A stretch of 64,000 bases of DNA from a virus (IMGVR_UViG_3300021295_000003:40718-104717); one strand, 5' to 3'; numbered from the stretch's first letter, positions 9,801 through 18,499 are shown. Notes: a model not told the origin generated them from the letters alone. Program-made: numbers and translations.

Positions 9801-12570
9801 CAGTCTTTTTCAAAGCTTCGGCTAATGCTACCATTTGCTCTTTAAACTTTTCAGTTGAAGCATTATTTAATTTCTCTAATGCCTCTTGAACTTTTGTTAT
9901 TTGGGAAAGATAATTACTGTATCCTCCAACGGTTTGTCTTCCTTGGTATTCGGTGGCTGATCCTCTTGTTCCAACACCACTATTTAATTTCCACATTGCA
10001 GACGCTAAATGAGTAGTACGTTGATAGAATATACTTTCACGGTCTATTCCTTCAAGTAATTTAAAGTTAAATGTATTTAAAACTTGTGTAGTTCTAACCA
10101 TTGAGTCTGTTAGTTTATTATATCCTTGTGTTACATAATTAAGGCGTTCTTGTGTTTTTTGGAATGTATTATTAATTTTAGTCCAGTTTTCGTTGATTTC
10201 AGCAGTTCTTGTCATTCTACTAATAATCTCATTAGTTTCTGACTCAAAACGATTAAATTCAGTATTAACCTCTTTAATGGTATTAGAAATCCCTCTTAAC
10301 GCCCATACAAACTCTTGGGTAGCAGAAACACTTCTTCCAGTATCAGAGAATTTAGCAATTGCTTTATCAATCTCGGAAGCGGTTCTTTTAACAGTAATCT
10401 CTGCCTCCGCCCATACTTTTAAATAATTCTGAATATTCTGTGTTTTAATTTGTTTATTAGCAATTTCTTCTATAACATTGCCCCATTGCCTATAAAAATT
10501 TATAACTTCTGCATTTGGCATTCCAAATGGGTTAAGAGCGTCCGCTGCTTTTGTACCTTTAATGTTACGTTTAACCATCATAGCGTCAAGGACATACCCT
10601 TCGGCTCGTTGGGCTTCTCGTATTGCTTTTAACTGTTTTCCAGTTTCTGTGAAGTGTCTTCCTTGTGTACCTTTGTTTAACTCGTTATTTAACTTTTTAG
10701 CTTCGGTTGTGGCTTTTTTTTCTTCGTTAGTTAATTCTTCCAAAGGTTCAACAAGTTTAGGAATATTATTTTTATCTCCTATGTTTTCCACTTCTTTATC
10801 AAGTTTAGCGGTTTCTTTTACGGCTTTTTCTTCTTCTTCGGTTAATTCAATAATAGGCTCAACAAGACGAGGGATATTATTCTTATCTCCAAGTTCAGAA
10901 ACTTCCTTGTCTAATTTAGCTGCTGCTTTACCTGCTTTTTCTTCTTCATTAGATAATTGTTTTATGGAGTTTACTCTTTGTTGGATTTCTTTGAAGTTAC
11001 TTACACGGTCACTTAAAGTTCCACGATTATTAACTCCTACATTACTCATTCGGAGTTTTTTAAGTTGATTAGATAATTTAGCAGTTTCCTTTTCTGCATT
11101 CTTTTCAGAGGAGGTTAATTCTTTTACTTCTTGTGATACGGTTTTAACTTCATTACCTTTCCCCACTTTTTTAACTTCATTATTGAGTTTTGTAGCTTCT
11201 ACGGTTGCTTTACTTTCTTCTTTGGAAACCTCTTGAAAACTCTTCTTAACTTCTTCAACAGACTTTAAAGCAGATTTATCAATATATCCGAAATTTCGTC
11301 CAGCAATTTTAACAAATTTTTCAGGGTCACGTGAAGGGTACAATGAAGCCCCCATTCTCATAAGTGCATCTGACCATAACTTATCAAATTCTCCTCTACT
11401 TTTAACTAATGGTTTAAATTGACTTTTTAATTGTTCATAAACCGGTTTTAATTCTACTGACCTTCCACTCATTGGAGCAATTGTTTTATACAACTCTTTT
11501 GTGAAACTTTTGTTTAAATCTGTTCCCACCTTACGATATTGAGCAGAAGTTTTCTTTGCTTGGGCTTCGGTTTTTTTCAAAGACTCATTCAGTTTTTCAG
11601 TAGACTTAACCTCTGCGTCCAAACCTTTATCTTTACCCACTTTTGACAATTCACTATTTAACTTTGAAACTTCCCCTGCGGCTTTACGTGGAACAATCTC
11701 CATCTGCTCCAATTCTTTCAAAGTATTATGTAAATCCCATTTTTCAATTCTTTGGAAATTTGCGGCTCCCCCATTGAAATCTAATGCACTTTTACGTGAC
11801 CCGAACATTTTCTCCAATTTTTCAAGGTTATGAATGTTCTTTTTAAGCTCCTTGTCTATATCTCCCGGCATTACCAACTTTCTGAGAGGACTTTCATCAA
11901 GAATAGGTATCTGTTTACCCCACGCTTTTAACCCCTCTCCTATTTCATCTGTTAATCCATAGCTTAACCTTTTTATATCCCTATATAGAGTCCTATCAAT
12001 CCCTTCAAGAGCGGTTTGGTATTTTTTAGGTAATTGGTCGAAATTATCCCATAATTCTTCGTAGGAATATTTGGTTTTTCCGCTTAAATCTAATTTTTGT
12101 GTTTTTTTCTTTGAGGCAGCGAGTTTTTCGTTGGCTTTGGTTTCTTGGTTGATTATTTTTATATTGTCTTGTACTGCTTTGGTTTCTGTTTTTATTGCGT
12201 CTGCATTGGATTTATGAGATTTAACAGTATTATCTACACTTTTTTTAACATTATCAAGGGTAGTTTGGCTTTTCTTTAATTCATTATTAGCGTTTTTAAT
12301 TTCTTTTGTTAAAGATTTGTTTTCATCACGGAGATTATTTAATTGTTTCTTATAATCTTTACACTTGGTTTCTAAATCTTCTATTTTAGTAGTGGACTGT
12401 TTTAACTGTTCTTGAACTTCTTTTAACTGTTTATTAACGTCCATTAATCCATTATTCTGTAACTGTGCTTTCAAAGAGTCCACTTTACTCTGCAATTGTT
12501 TAACCTTATTATCAAAGTCCGAAGTGTCTAACTCAATCTTTGCACTTACGCTTCCAGCTGTATATGGCAA
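3835..12570 (-). CDS. Tape measure protein with C-terminal transglutaminase-like (pseudomurein endoisopeptidase-like) domain
   Basis: 2911 aa; N-terminal GSVSAKIELDTSDF, long coiled coils, hydrophobic segments, HSPG motif; C-terminal NCWD...GHVWA...DPT Cys-His-Asp triad. Confidence 0.9.
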   Translation of the reverse strand: MPYTAGSVSAKIELDTSDFDNKVKQLQSKVDSLKAQLQNNGLMDVNKQLKEVQEQLKQSTTKIEDLETKCKDYKKQLNNLRDENKSLTKEIKNANNELKKSQTTLDNVKKSVDNTVKSHKSNADAIKTETKAVQDNIKIINQETKANEKLAASKKKTQKLDLSGKTKYSYEELWDNFDQLPKKYQTALEGIDRTLYRDIKRLSYGLTDEIGEGLKAWGKQIPILDESPLRKLVMPGDIDKELKKNIHNLEKLEKMFGSRKSALDFNGGAANFQRIEKWDLHNTLKELEQMEIVPRKAAGEVSKLNSELSKVGKDKGLDAEVKSTEKLNESLKKTEAQAKKTSAQYRKVGTDLNKSFTKELYKTIAPMSGRSVELKPVYEQLKSQFKPLVKSRGEFDKLWSDALMRMGASLYPSRDPEKFVKIAGRNFGYIDKSALKSVEEVKKSFQEVSKEESKATVEATKLNNEVKKVGKGNEVKTVSQEVKELTSSEKNAEKETAKLSNQLKKLRMSNVGVNNRGTLSDRVSNFKEIQQRVNSIKQLSNEEEKAGKAAAKLDKEVSELGDKNNIPRLVEPIIELTEEEEKAVKETAKLDKEVENIGDKNNIPKLVEPLEELTNEEKKATTEAKKLNNELNKGTQGRHFTETGKQLKAIREAQRAEGYVLDAMMVKRNIKGTKAADALNPFGMPNAEVINFYRQWGNVIEEIANKQIKTQNIQNYLKVWAEAEITVKRTASEIDKAIAKFSDTGRSVSATQEFVWALRGISNTIKEVNTEFNRFESETNEIISRMTRTAEINENWTKINNTFQKTQERLNYVTQGYNKLTDSMVRTTQVLNTFNFKLLEGIDRESIFYQRTTHLASAMWKLNSGVGTRGSATEYQGRQTVGGYSNYLSQITKVQEALEKLNNASTEKFKEQMVALAEALKKTGAEMNAFSNKAHMVMSSMDSMGMSNELAGKLSRISRELSHFSSISSKNKSALAKLSQQTTIYRDKLNVLETAFKKGEITAQTYESELTKLANKLKLLGSSSQQAIRELSLGNSELTKTGVNARNTGRGLTSFNNGVTQTAHSGRILSNTLYQIRGALLSLKMIFTAMGGMALWGFASQIAEGIKTTVTAKNEMEAQLKQNDKVGEGGIKYFRKELDKLTKTYKKVNKYSIGETVSSIGLEFDLTAKQMKDALPIVTMIQSEYVRAGRKSEEAALAVKDILQGEFQRLSRETGVGKEELVAYGWDEDKTNIDGLLKALKKAALDRHWDVFAKKATSLNDVLTITQSRFEETGADLLDSASPMIVEAFNMIIGAIDSVSTSFNSLNSFWRSFLWIGGGGALFGGILTALPMVTKGMGLADIATIGWSKSIATAALNLNKAEVAQYGFRRALAAVISGTKASEVANTRWTKSIMGRLLGVNQTVLAEKGYGKALLHNKALLKEGIDIERISFLERDKNGKLTGKLSKLELTRSQRLAYLTNNIKLSEAAELSRGKAILKTATSWKVLGLAIRGVMAIGIVAWLSSMAVQADLVKKRVEAFNEIVETGSDKLKEAKEESASYQKIMDKYANATSKEDKNKYAQAKANKAIVDGNVKELETANKLAKSYKAQNDEREKSIKLAQSSFRKQNLMAAGHSETEATEKQAFWVDKINQAQYEITNSYNKQYDWLEASSKHISENLEHMNETNRTQKDMDKYIMEYSTVAEEAGEHLKQFYQGDLMAGAYFAIDNLKLLWIDIWNNDAFLNFWKAVQKTWDDLKPTAYAIKDALVGIGEALLNFFGTESGRWVFAIGALGTGLGLIGLKIGKWVSGSDSVFEVLKKVGGKLKDVAKGWKDVKDNAEDAIEKTGGSTSTSTGGINGDVDKTKAKTPFKETLKSDAQNYARAAIGIVAGMLLITEAIILLKAPMWGLAEVGKQFKAQEPEIQAGIEGLKMISPVLAVLLPAVVGLSLIMDKYAPSYTQIVTGTLKAAIGIVAGMLLVAETIVMIIPSIWAIGALGDQYSGIQAQVQKGTQAMKIVSDSLMYLAPFIPALALAIATVAIAFANPILGAIMGTAITLGIPIGMLWVAETIWSLEYPLQQIGALGDKFTDLSNVQQGAEAIKLTAEALGYVEQAMSAFALIAWDSLATAVANLIGVKIGADLTQLTGEGGFFSQLETFITDFNKLEITQIDSAKVTTLSESATGIDSVKTALVTVKEALKDLPNFETDTRSPNEKYQDAVSGAATADTNGVTNYFEQLKQPIDQLNEFVKNFNENITVEPINPDKVAALQNSANGISAIQTAIDAVKNAMGSAVDASWQGNMASGGILGAAVGYLIGDGNPQASGLKSGLDELYMSVKDIMNFNTKINGLTATGSGDTSGVTNASNVVSALQTQINNTKTTLTGAIPTVKATAKNMGTAIVSGVKEGLTSLNSDVSSALTGLSDTMSSKGKGLGEKLSNGFKDNAKIKSTVETEVGYALQYLDERKQDFYDRGAALGTSLSNGFKDNNGLDQHSPGKMARAVSDEMGYIGQALTNTGGLNLPQMASQLAQSLTTNFNPTFGLGNIQLPNLDQFKQSISTILPTVTGMKSQVVTNFNAMKTGIQSSFTNIVAKTRSSLSNMKAATIGNIGNIKTSWRGMQDALIASADHIKTQTGQKINKLKSNLGEFWNKIKHPDQLIGSQGGHTGSIRRRFTGGRANGHYAGGTISRSQSLFKGRRSSGQPSDNSMLEYLKCMMETGKPCYAGGWNFNWTNKISKKFKGWNTHFGAYHLDDFLNVGKFENSNFPVKGRADVAKQYIFDVIRATDYDKYFDSNFGDDPVAALRAGAFNCWDGTNIVLAIARAFGFEGSRGHGTWNGIGHVWANIPGLGIIDPTAIQNRGSFTSSAVKGYNAGSMPRRYATKGDVPTNGGDTYNTNIEINVHGNDVEVNNKRIDERSGKQILDILGINPATGN

Positions 12571-12574
12571 TTTT

Positions 12575-12841
12575 ATAATCCCCCGTTTAATTTAATTAGT
12601 TAAAATCCTGATCCGTAGGTAAGCGGTAGGATTTTCACCTACCTGTCCGAATAAAAAAAATTAGTAGTTCAATTTCACCTACCTACGGCGAAAGGTGAAA
12701 ATATGAACATAAGTATAGGTACTGCCTCCAAAATGGTTTATTGGAGGAAGTCCTAAAATATCGTATCTTAACCATTAGAGGCAGATACCTAAATAAAGTA
12801 AAAGAGGATTTGCACCTCTTCAAAGAATACTATTTTTACTT
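12575..12841 (-). ncRNA. Putative structured RNA/leader upstream of tape measure gene
   Basis: Several long stems and two T-loop-like hairpins (AGAGG-TGCAAAT-CCTCT; GGTAGG-TGAAAAT-CCTACC); CCGTAGGT/ACCTACGG complement. Confidence 0.5.
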
Positions 12842-13369
12842 TTAAATGAGTTTTGGAGGTATATCCCCTCCTCCACGTTTTATAATACTTTCCAAGTATT
12901 TTGTGGAATGGTCTAATAATTCTCGTCCAGACATATATACTCCACGTTCAATAGCATATTTATGCCTTGCTCCACTTGGAGTAGCCCATTTATCTACCCC
13001 TGTTTCTTGATAGAACGCATAATCTCTTTCGATTATTCCCATTTCTTTATCCCCAAATTCAAACCATACTTTGGAGTCCGGACTATGAGGTAATCGCATA
13101 CCAGTATAAATGGCTTCTAATGTTGTTATTTCCCCATTAGAGAGTATTTGCCAATATTCTTCTTCTTGCCCACTTATATACAAGTTTGGGTTAAATTCAG
13201 TAGACATTCTTGGAGCAATATACCCATCTTCCTCTCCTTCGTGTCCTACCATTAATCGAGCCATTTTCTTTATCTCTTTTTCAGTAGTTTGGTGGAGAGT
13301 ATTATAGATGTAGTCAAAGTATTCACTTATGGTGTCTTCTTTGATTGTTATTTTAGCATTAGTCTTCAT
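12842..13369 (-). CDS. Putative tail completion protein (HK97 gp10-like)
   Basis: 175 aa; DYAFYQETG motif; position in the tail module. Confidence 0.5.
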   Translation of the reverse strand: MKTNAKITIKEDTISEYFDYIYNTLHQTTEKEIKKMARLMVGHEGEEDGYIAPRMSTEFNPNLYISGQEEEYWQILSNGEITTLEAIYTGMRLPHSPDSKVWFEFGDKEMGIIERDYAFYQETGVDKWATPSGARHKYAIERGVYMSGRELLDHSTKYLESIIKRGGGDIPPKLI

Positions 13370-13685
13370 TGAACATTTCCTCGTATAAGTCTTCGACTTC
13401 TGGGTTGTTTTGGCTTTCTGGTTTGTCTTTGTTTAATTCTCGGTTTTCCTCATCGATTACATCTAATTCCATACAGTATAATTTAGATGTAGTCCAAGTG
13501 TCAGCTTTCCAAAAATCATCAAGACTCCAACCTAACCCTTTTATTCTATGTGCTAATAAAAAATACATCTCCAATAAACCCTGTTCAATAGCCCAAGCCA
13601 TTGAGGTGTTCATTGGAGTTAATCGTATTTCTTCATCGTTATTTTCTGTTTTAGAGTTGTTTTTGTCTTTCACGAAAACTGGCAA
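13359..13685 (-). CDS. Tail assembly chaperone C-terminal extension (GT-like), probably reached by +1 frameshift
   Basis: Overlaps the 3' end of the 192-aa ORF in the +1 frame; GWSLDDFW motif typical of GT chaperones; no good own RBS. Confidence 0.65.
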   Translation of the reverse strand: MPVFVKDKNNSKTENNDEEIRLTPMNTSMAWAIEQGLLEMYFLLAHRIKGLGWSLDDFWKADTWTTSKLYCMELDVIDEENRELNKDKPESQNNPEVEDLYEEMFNED

Positions 13686-14229
13686 TGTCTTCCCTTATTT
13701 CGTTTTGGATTTTAGACTCTCTTTCACCGACCATACACATCTCGTAGTATTTGCTGATATTGGCAGCGATACGGTTGTCGATTGCGTCGGCTTTTTCGAG
13801 GAACTCTTTTGCGGTTATTCCATCGAGAATGGCTTCCATTTTACGTGCCATTATATCGTTTAATTCAGAGTCTAATTTGCTTGTTAAGTCTTCGTTTTCT
13901 TTGTTGAATTGTTTAACTTTATCTAAATGTTTTTCTTGTTTTTCCAAGAGTTTATCAAGTTCATCTTGCAATTTGAGGATTGTGTCGATGTCTTCTTCAT
14001 CACCTTTATCTTCAAGTAATCTTATTCTTCTTTCTTTACTTTCGATTTGGCGGTCGATTTTTTCTCCTTCACGGTTAATGAGTTCAGACTCATCGGTTAA
14101 AGGTTCGATTTCTTTGATTTTTGCTTCCATTTCTTCGTCGAATGATTTTAAGACTTCATTCGGACATCTTTTGAAGTAATATTCGCCACCACAAATTGCT
14201 ATACTTGTTTGAGTAAATTCTCTTGCCAT
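13651..14229 (-). CDS. Tail assembly chaperone (G-like)
   Basis: 192 aa between major tail protein and tape measure; GGAGG RBS. Confidence 0.7.
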   Translation of the reverse strand: MAREFTQTSIAICGGEYYFKRCPNEVLKSFDEEMEAKIKEIEPLTDESELINREGEKIDRQIESKERRIRLLEDKGDEEDIDTILKLQDELDKLLEKQEKHLDKVKQFNKENEDLTSKLDSELNDIMARKMEAILDGITAKEFLEKADAIDNRIAANISKYYEMCMVGERESKIQNEIREDIASFRERQKQL

Positions 14230-14254
14230 AATTAACTTCCTCCTATGTGTTATG

Positions 14255-14326
14255 TGGGAACAGACGGATTTGAACCGTCATCAATGGGTTTGGAGTCCAT
14301 TATGATAGCCATTACACTATGCTCCC
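14255..14326 (-). tRNA. trnW: tRNA-Trp(CCA), intron-less
   Basis: GGGAGCA/TGTTCCC acceptor stem, anticodon loop CTCCAAA, T-arm GACGG-TTCAAAT-CCGTC, discriminator A; no encoded CCA. Confidence 0.9.
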
Positions 14327-14328
14327 CT

Positions 14329-14368
14329 AAAAAATAAAAAAAATAAACTTCTCCATTTATGGAGAAGC
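14329..14368 (-). terminator. Hairpin plus T-tract after major tail gene
   Basis: CTTCTCCAT/ATGGAGAAG inverted repeat followed by a T-run on the - strand. Confidence 0.5.
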
Positions 14369-14372
14369 TGGT

Positions 14373-15602
14373 TTATTCACCTGTAATTTGGGCTTCACTT
14401 GCTTTTAAAGCGTCTAATGTAGTTCCTTCGTTGTCAATGTGTAAATCTTCAAGGAAGGTAGTCATATCTACGGATAAGTAGGATTGTTCAGGTTTTTCCA
14501 AGATTTTAAACTCCATAGTTAAATCTTTGGCTTCGTCACCTGATTTTGGGGACTCTACATTAGTTAATTCACAAACAGGACATTTGATTAAACATTCAAA
14601 TGGAATACCAGTATCAATAGTGTAGGTAGTAACTTCTTGACCGTCTACTGTGGTGGTATTGGTTTCGATGATTTTTTCTCCTTCCGCAATGGTGTTGGAA
14701 TTAGACCATCTTGGTATAGAACCTCCGTATGCTCTAAACCATACTTGTTTGTGGGTAATTTCTTCGCTAACTACGTGTCCGTACTTATTGAACGCTTCGT
14801 ACTCAGGTTCAAAGAGTTTAGTTCCATCTACCCAAGGCATAGTAATACTACCTTCGGCTTCTCTTGCTCCCATAATCTTTGTGTTTTTACCAAATTCGTC
14901 AGCGTGACAAGATTGTGACTCTGCGTTATGGTTAATAGTAATAGAAGCTTCGGTGAAACAGTCAATAGGCACTTGTAACATTTCTTCTGCACTTGCTCCA
15001 ACAGCTCCAACGTACACTTGGGTGTGTACTGCTTTTGCAAAGTAACTATTGGTTGGGAAACTCCTTGTAGGGTTTAATAAGTTGAAGTTGTTATAATCTG
15101 AAACGAAAGTTGGGTTAATTGTAGGTGCTTCGTCTGCACTAAAATTAATTTCTAATTCGTTTAAGAGTGCGTGGTTGAATACTCTTGCGTCGGTTTGGGT
15201 TTTAGCGAAACCATTGTAGATGGTTGCTAATGGTAATTCTTTATCGACGTCCGGTGGCATTTCAAAGTGGAAATCGTAGACATCAGTACCGGTAGCGTGA
15301 GCTTGTTTGGTATAAGTACCTAATAAGAGGTAGAAGTAGTCTTCTAATCCTTCACCGTATCTGAATTTGTCTTCCCAAGATGGGCTTGACTCTGCGGTGG
15401 TACGGTATGAACCCATATCTAAATTAGATACACCGGTGTGTCCTTCGTCTGTTTCGGTTTCAATTTCGTTTCCGTCTTCAAATCCAGTTTGTCTGATAGA
15501 AACGAGGTCTTTTGCATATTTGGTGGAGTCTTTTGCTAACTCTTCACTCAAAATTCCCATTTTAGTATAATGGAAACTTGCATTTGGTGCTATATCAGCC
15601 AT
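14373..15602 (-). CDS. Major tail (tube) protein, siphovirus type
   Basis: 409 aa acidic beta-rich protein after the tail terminator; no sheath gene in this module. Confidence 0.7.
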   Translation of the reverse strand: MADIAPNASFHYTKMGILSEELAKDSTKYAKDLVSIRQTGFEDGNEIETETDEGHTGVSNLDMGSYRTTAESSPSWEDKFRYGEGLEDYFYLLLGTYTKQAHATGTDVYDFHFEMPPDVDKELPLATIYNGFAKTQTDARVFNHALLNELEINFSADEAPTINPTFVSDYNNFNLLNPTRSFPTNSYFAKAVHTQVYVGAVGASAEEMLQVPIDCFTEASITINHNAESQSCHADEFGKNTKIMGAREAEGSITMPWVDGTKLFEPEYEAFNKYGHVVSEEITHKQVWFRAYGGSIPRWSNSNTIAEGEKIIETNTTTVDGQEVTTYTIDTGIPFECLIKCPVCELTNVESPKSGDEAKDLTMEFKILEKPEQSYLSVDMTTFLEDLHIDNEGTTLDALKASEAQITGE

Positions 15603-15836
15603 CTATTTTTCCTCCTTTTTGTCTTTTTTTTCCTTTTTAGGTTTAATTACTTTTTTAGGTTCATTATAAACCTCGTAATTTCCATTAATTTTAATACGAT
15701 TGATTAAATACTCGTTGGAGTCAGGTACATCAATTATCATTCCATTGAATAATTGTTGCTGTGGTTTCATTACTTTATTTAATACAAGGTCTATGTCTTT
15801 GTACCCATTTCCTCCAATCCATTTAAATTTAGCCAT
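15603..15836 (-). CDS. Small hypothetical virion protein
   Basis: 77 aa, tightly coupled to neighbours. Confidence 0.5.
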   Translation of the reverse strand: MAKFKWIGGNGYKDIDLVLNKVMKPQQQLFNGMIIDVPDSNEYLINRIKINGNYEVYNEPKKVIKPKKEKKDKKEEK

Positions 15837-15837
15837 T

Positions 15838-16284
15838 TTAATACCTCAATAAATAACTTAAAACAATCATAGATGAGTATAAAGTCTTACTTCCTTTATA
15901 GGACTCTGCGTCCTCACGGTTATTCCTCATTGCACGTATTTCAGATGTTTGTAAGAATGTTAAGTCAAGATTTGATGTTAATAATAAATTATCAATTATT
16001 TCTTTCATTGACTCTGCATACTTGGTTAATCGTAGAGTTATACTACGTGGGTGGTTTGTATTATGTATAATGATTATATCGAGTTGCCTTTCATAAACAC
16101 AACCAGTAGCGTCCAATTGATAAGGTTTCCCTTGCAATACTATTTCGGTTGTAGTCATATTATCAGGGATCAGCTCAATCATATCCCATCTGACAGGAAC
16201 TTTATTAAAATCTGTGTCATCAGTTATGGCTTTCCCTAATTGTTCTAATACTACTGCATACCTTGACATATTCTCGGTATCCAT
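15838..16284 (-). CDS. Putative tail terminator protein
   Basis: 148 aa; size and position. Confidence 0.5.
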   Translation of the reverse strand: MDTENMSRYAVVLEQLGKAITDDTDFNKVPVRWDMIELIPDNMTTTEIVLQGKPYQLDATGCVYERQLDIIIIHNTNHPRSITLRLTKYAESMKEIIDNLLLTSNLDLTFLQTSEIRAMRNNREDAESYKGSKTLYSSMIVLSYLLRY

Positions 16285-16287
16285 AGT

Positions 16288-17094
16288 TTACCACTTCCTG
16301 CGTCCTACTCTGAATAATTGCATTTGAATGTATTCTTCGTTTCGATTATTCTCGATGTTGGATAGGTAATTGGCAATTGCGGAGTCTACTTTTCCGAATA
16401 ATCTGTCTGCATAGTTGTTAGACTCTGATTTAGGTTCTTTCATTGGTTTGGCTTCGTATTCCCAACGTGTTAGCCAAGCGAATGCTCCTGCTGCCATATA
16501 AACGTATCTTTGAAGAGTTTTCGGTATTTCTATTGTACCTGTTTTCTCTTTTTTCATATCGTTAAGTCCACGAAATACGTAGTCTTCTCCGCTGTAACAG
16601 GCTTTTTCTATATCGGTTAAGGTATAGGTGTAGTCTAAACTTTTTATTATGAGGTTGAGTATTTCTACACCTGTTACATCTGTTCCGAAATCGATTTTTA
16701 TACTTTCGAGTCCTGTGAGTTCACGGGTGAGGTCTACTGCGGTATTGTTTCGGTCTATCTCAAATAAAAGAATGTCTTCTTTATCTGATGATATTTCGGT
16801 GTTCTTTGGTTTTACTGATAGGACACTTGCATTTCCGTTAAGTAGTGGACTAAAACTTAAAGTAATATTAGATACATCTACCTCAACTTGGTGACAATTG
16901 ATAAAAACTTGCACATAATCAGTACCCTCAAACTCCGCATAGATTAATGGCAAGACAATACTATCTCCTTCAACAAAAGTTTCTTCTGTAAAGCAGACTG
17001 GTTCTTGTCTATCTACACGTGCTTTTGGTAAATATTCCAAGACTTTATAATAATCTTTCATTGTGAATTTAGAGGTCTTATCCTCTGTTATCAT
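16288..17094 (-). CDS. Putative head-tail adaptor with extra N-terminal domain
   Basis: 268 aa; helical C-terminal half; follows the capsid genes. Confidence 0.5.
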   Translation of the reverse strand: MITEDKTSKFTMKDYYKVLEYLPKARVDRQEPVCFTEETFVEGDSIVLPLIYAEFEGTDYVQVFINCHQVEVDVSNITLSFSPLLNGNASVLSVKPKNTEISSDKEDILLFEIDRNNTAVDLTRELTGLESIKIDFGTDVTGVEILNLIIKSLDYTYTLTDIEKACYSGEDYVFRGLNDMKKEKTGTIEIPKTLQRYVYMAAGAFAWLTRWEYEAKPMKEPKSESNNYADRLFGKVDSAIANYLSNIENNRNEEYIQMQLFRVGRRKW

Positions 17095-17122
17095 AGGTTA
17101 AAAACCTCCATTTATAATTTTT

Positions 17123-17584
17123 TTAGTCTAATGTTATATCGAAATGATTATTAGTTTTACTAACTTCAATAGGAGTCCAACGTGAAGAAAGTTCTACATC
17201 ACCAGTTGGGTTCCCAGTAGCCATTACTCTATAACTGCCTGTTGGAATGTCCCTTATTGTGCAACCTCCTTGACTACCAGTAGTTCCAGTTCCTATTGTA
17301 GTAGGCGTTTCCTCATCTGTACCTATGGTTACAGTAGCATTATTAACAGGGTTTCCATTAGCAGTTACTGTAAAACTAACCTCTATTGAGCCAGTAGTAG
17401 GTTCAGATGTGCTACTTTGAGAGTCAGTAGAGGAAGAGTCATTAGACTCTCCTCCACTACCATTAGCATTCTCTAATGCCTCTAATCTATCCTCAAAATC
17501 CTGTAAAAGAGAGAATAACCTAACCTTTTGGATTTTACCCCTTTTCAACAATTTAACTTTGATACCTTGAAACATCAGTATCAA
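17123..17584 (-). CDS. Ig-like (carboxypeptidase-regulatory-like) decoration protein
   Basis: Ser-rich linker then TVTANGNPVNNATVTIG...TTGSQGGCTI...G.Y fold; directly after the MCP. Confidence 0.6.
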   Translation of the reverse strand: MILMFQGIKVKLLKRGKIQKVRLFSLLQDFEDRLEALENANGSGGESNDSSSTDSQSSTSEPTTGSIEVSFTVTANGNPVNNATVTIGTDEETPTTIGTGTTGSQGGCTIRDIPTGSYRVMATGNPTGDVELSSRWTPIEVSKTNNHFDITLD

Positions 17585-17591
17585 CTCCTAT

Positions 17592-18485
17592 TTAGATACC
17601 TTCTTGGAAGACTACTGCTTTTGGTTCAAGAACTGCAAATCCATATTCAACATACATTTGGATTTTAACACTACGAGGGATTTCATCTAATTTATCAACA
17701 CGATTAATGTGGATAAAAGTACCGAAATCATCGTGTAAAAGGTTATCAGTTGGATATACATTGTAATACCATTTAGCAGGTTTAAGGTTCATATCAATAC
17801 CAAGTAAACCGCTTTCTAATTCGCCAATACCTTTAAGGGTTGCACCACGTACGTTAGCAGGGTTGAAACCATCATCATTCACAACTTCGTAGTAATCTTC
17901 TGCTCCCCAATAGGAAGCTTTGGAAGTGAACATATCAGTTAATTTGTAATCGTAACCTTCCTGATTTTCAAAAGCACGTATTAAGTGTTTCACGTCATCA
18001 TCAATGTACTCATTACCTTCGGTAGCCCAAGAACCTCCACCAAGAGTAATGGTTGGAGCTTCTGCTGCTTGGGTGAGTACAACATAAGCGTGTCTGTTAA
18101 GGGTTCTTGCCATAGCATAACCCATCATATCAGTAGTTAATTGGATTTTATCAGCGTTAATTGGGTCACGGAGTGCTTCTTCGGTGAACTCTGCTTCAAA
18201 ACCAATTCTACGCATTTTACCGATGTTACGGCTAATTCCAGTAATTTTAACTTGTGGAAGTTGTGCTGCTTCCATAATTTCAACTGGTTCGTGTAAAATA
18301 CCGTTTACGATTTGTTGTTCTGCGTTAGACTCGTTTCTTGCGAATGCAAAACTATCTCTACCTTCATTGTTCTTTTTCTCGAACATTCCAAGCATATTTA
18401 AAGTTGGGTTCATCTTTTCAAAGGTAGTGAGTTCGATATTTTCTGGTTGTAATATCTCATCAATTTCTTGTACGATAAGTGACAT
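17592..18485 (-). CDS. Major capsid protein (module A)
   Basis: 297 aa; HK97-like C-terminus (YGFAVLEPKAVV); canonical position. Confidence 0.8.
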   Translation of the reverse strand: MSLIVQEIDEILQPENIELTTFEKMNPTLNMLGMFEKKNNEGRDSFAFARNESNAEQQIVNGILHEPVEIMEAAQLPQVKITGISRNIGKMRRIGFEAEFTEEALRDPINADKIQLTTDMMGYAMARTLNRHAYVVLTQAAEAPTITLGGGSWATEGNEYIDDDVKHLIRAFENQEGYDYKLTDMFTSKASYWGAEDYYEVVNDDGFNPANVRGATLKGIGELESGLLGIDMNLKPAKWYYNVYPTDNLLHDDFGTFIHINRVDKLDEIPRSVKIQMYVEYGFAVLEPKAVVFQEGI

Positions 18486-18499
18486 AAAAATAATCCTCC

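Noticed and set aside
14255-14326. tRNA as the attachment site of a provirus
   Set aside because: It lies inside the tail operon, has no duplicated 3' fragment and no adjacent host genes
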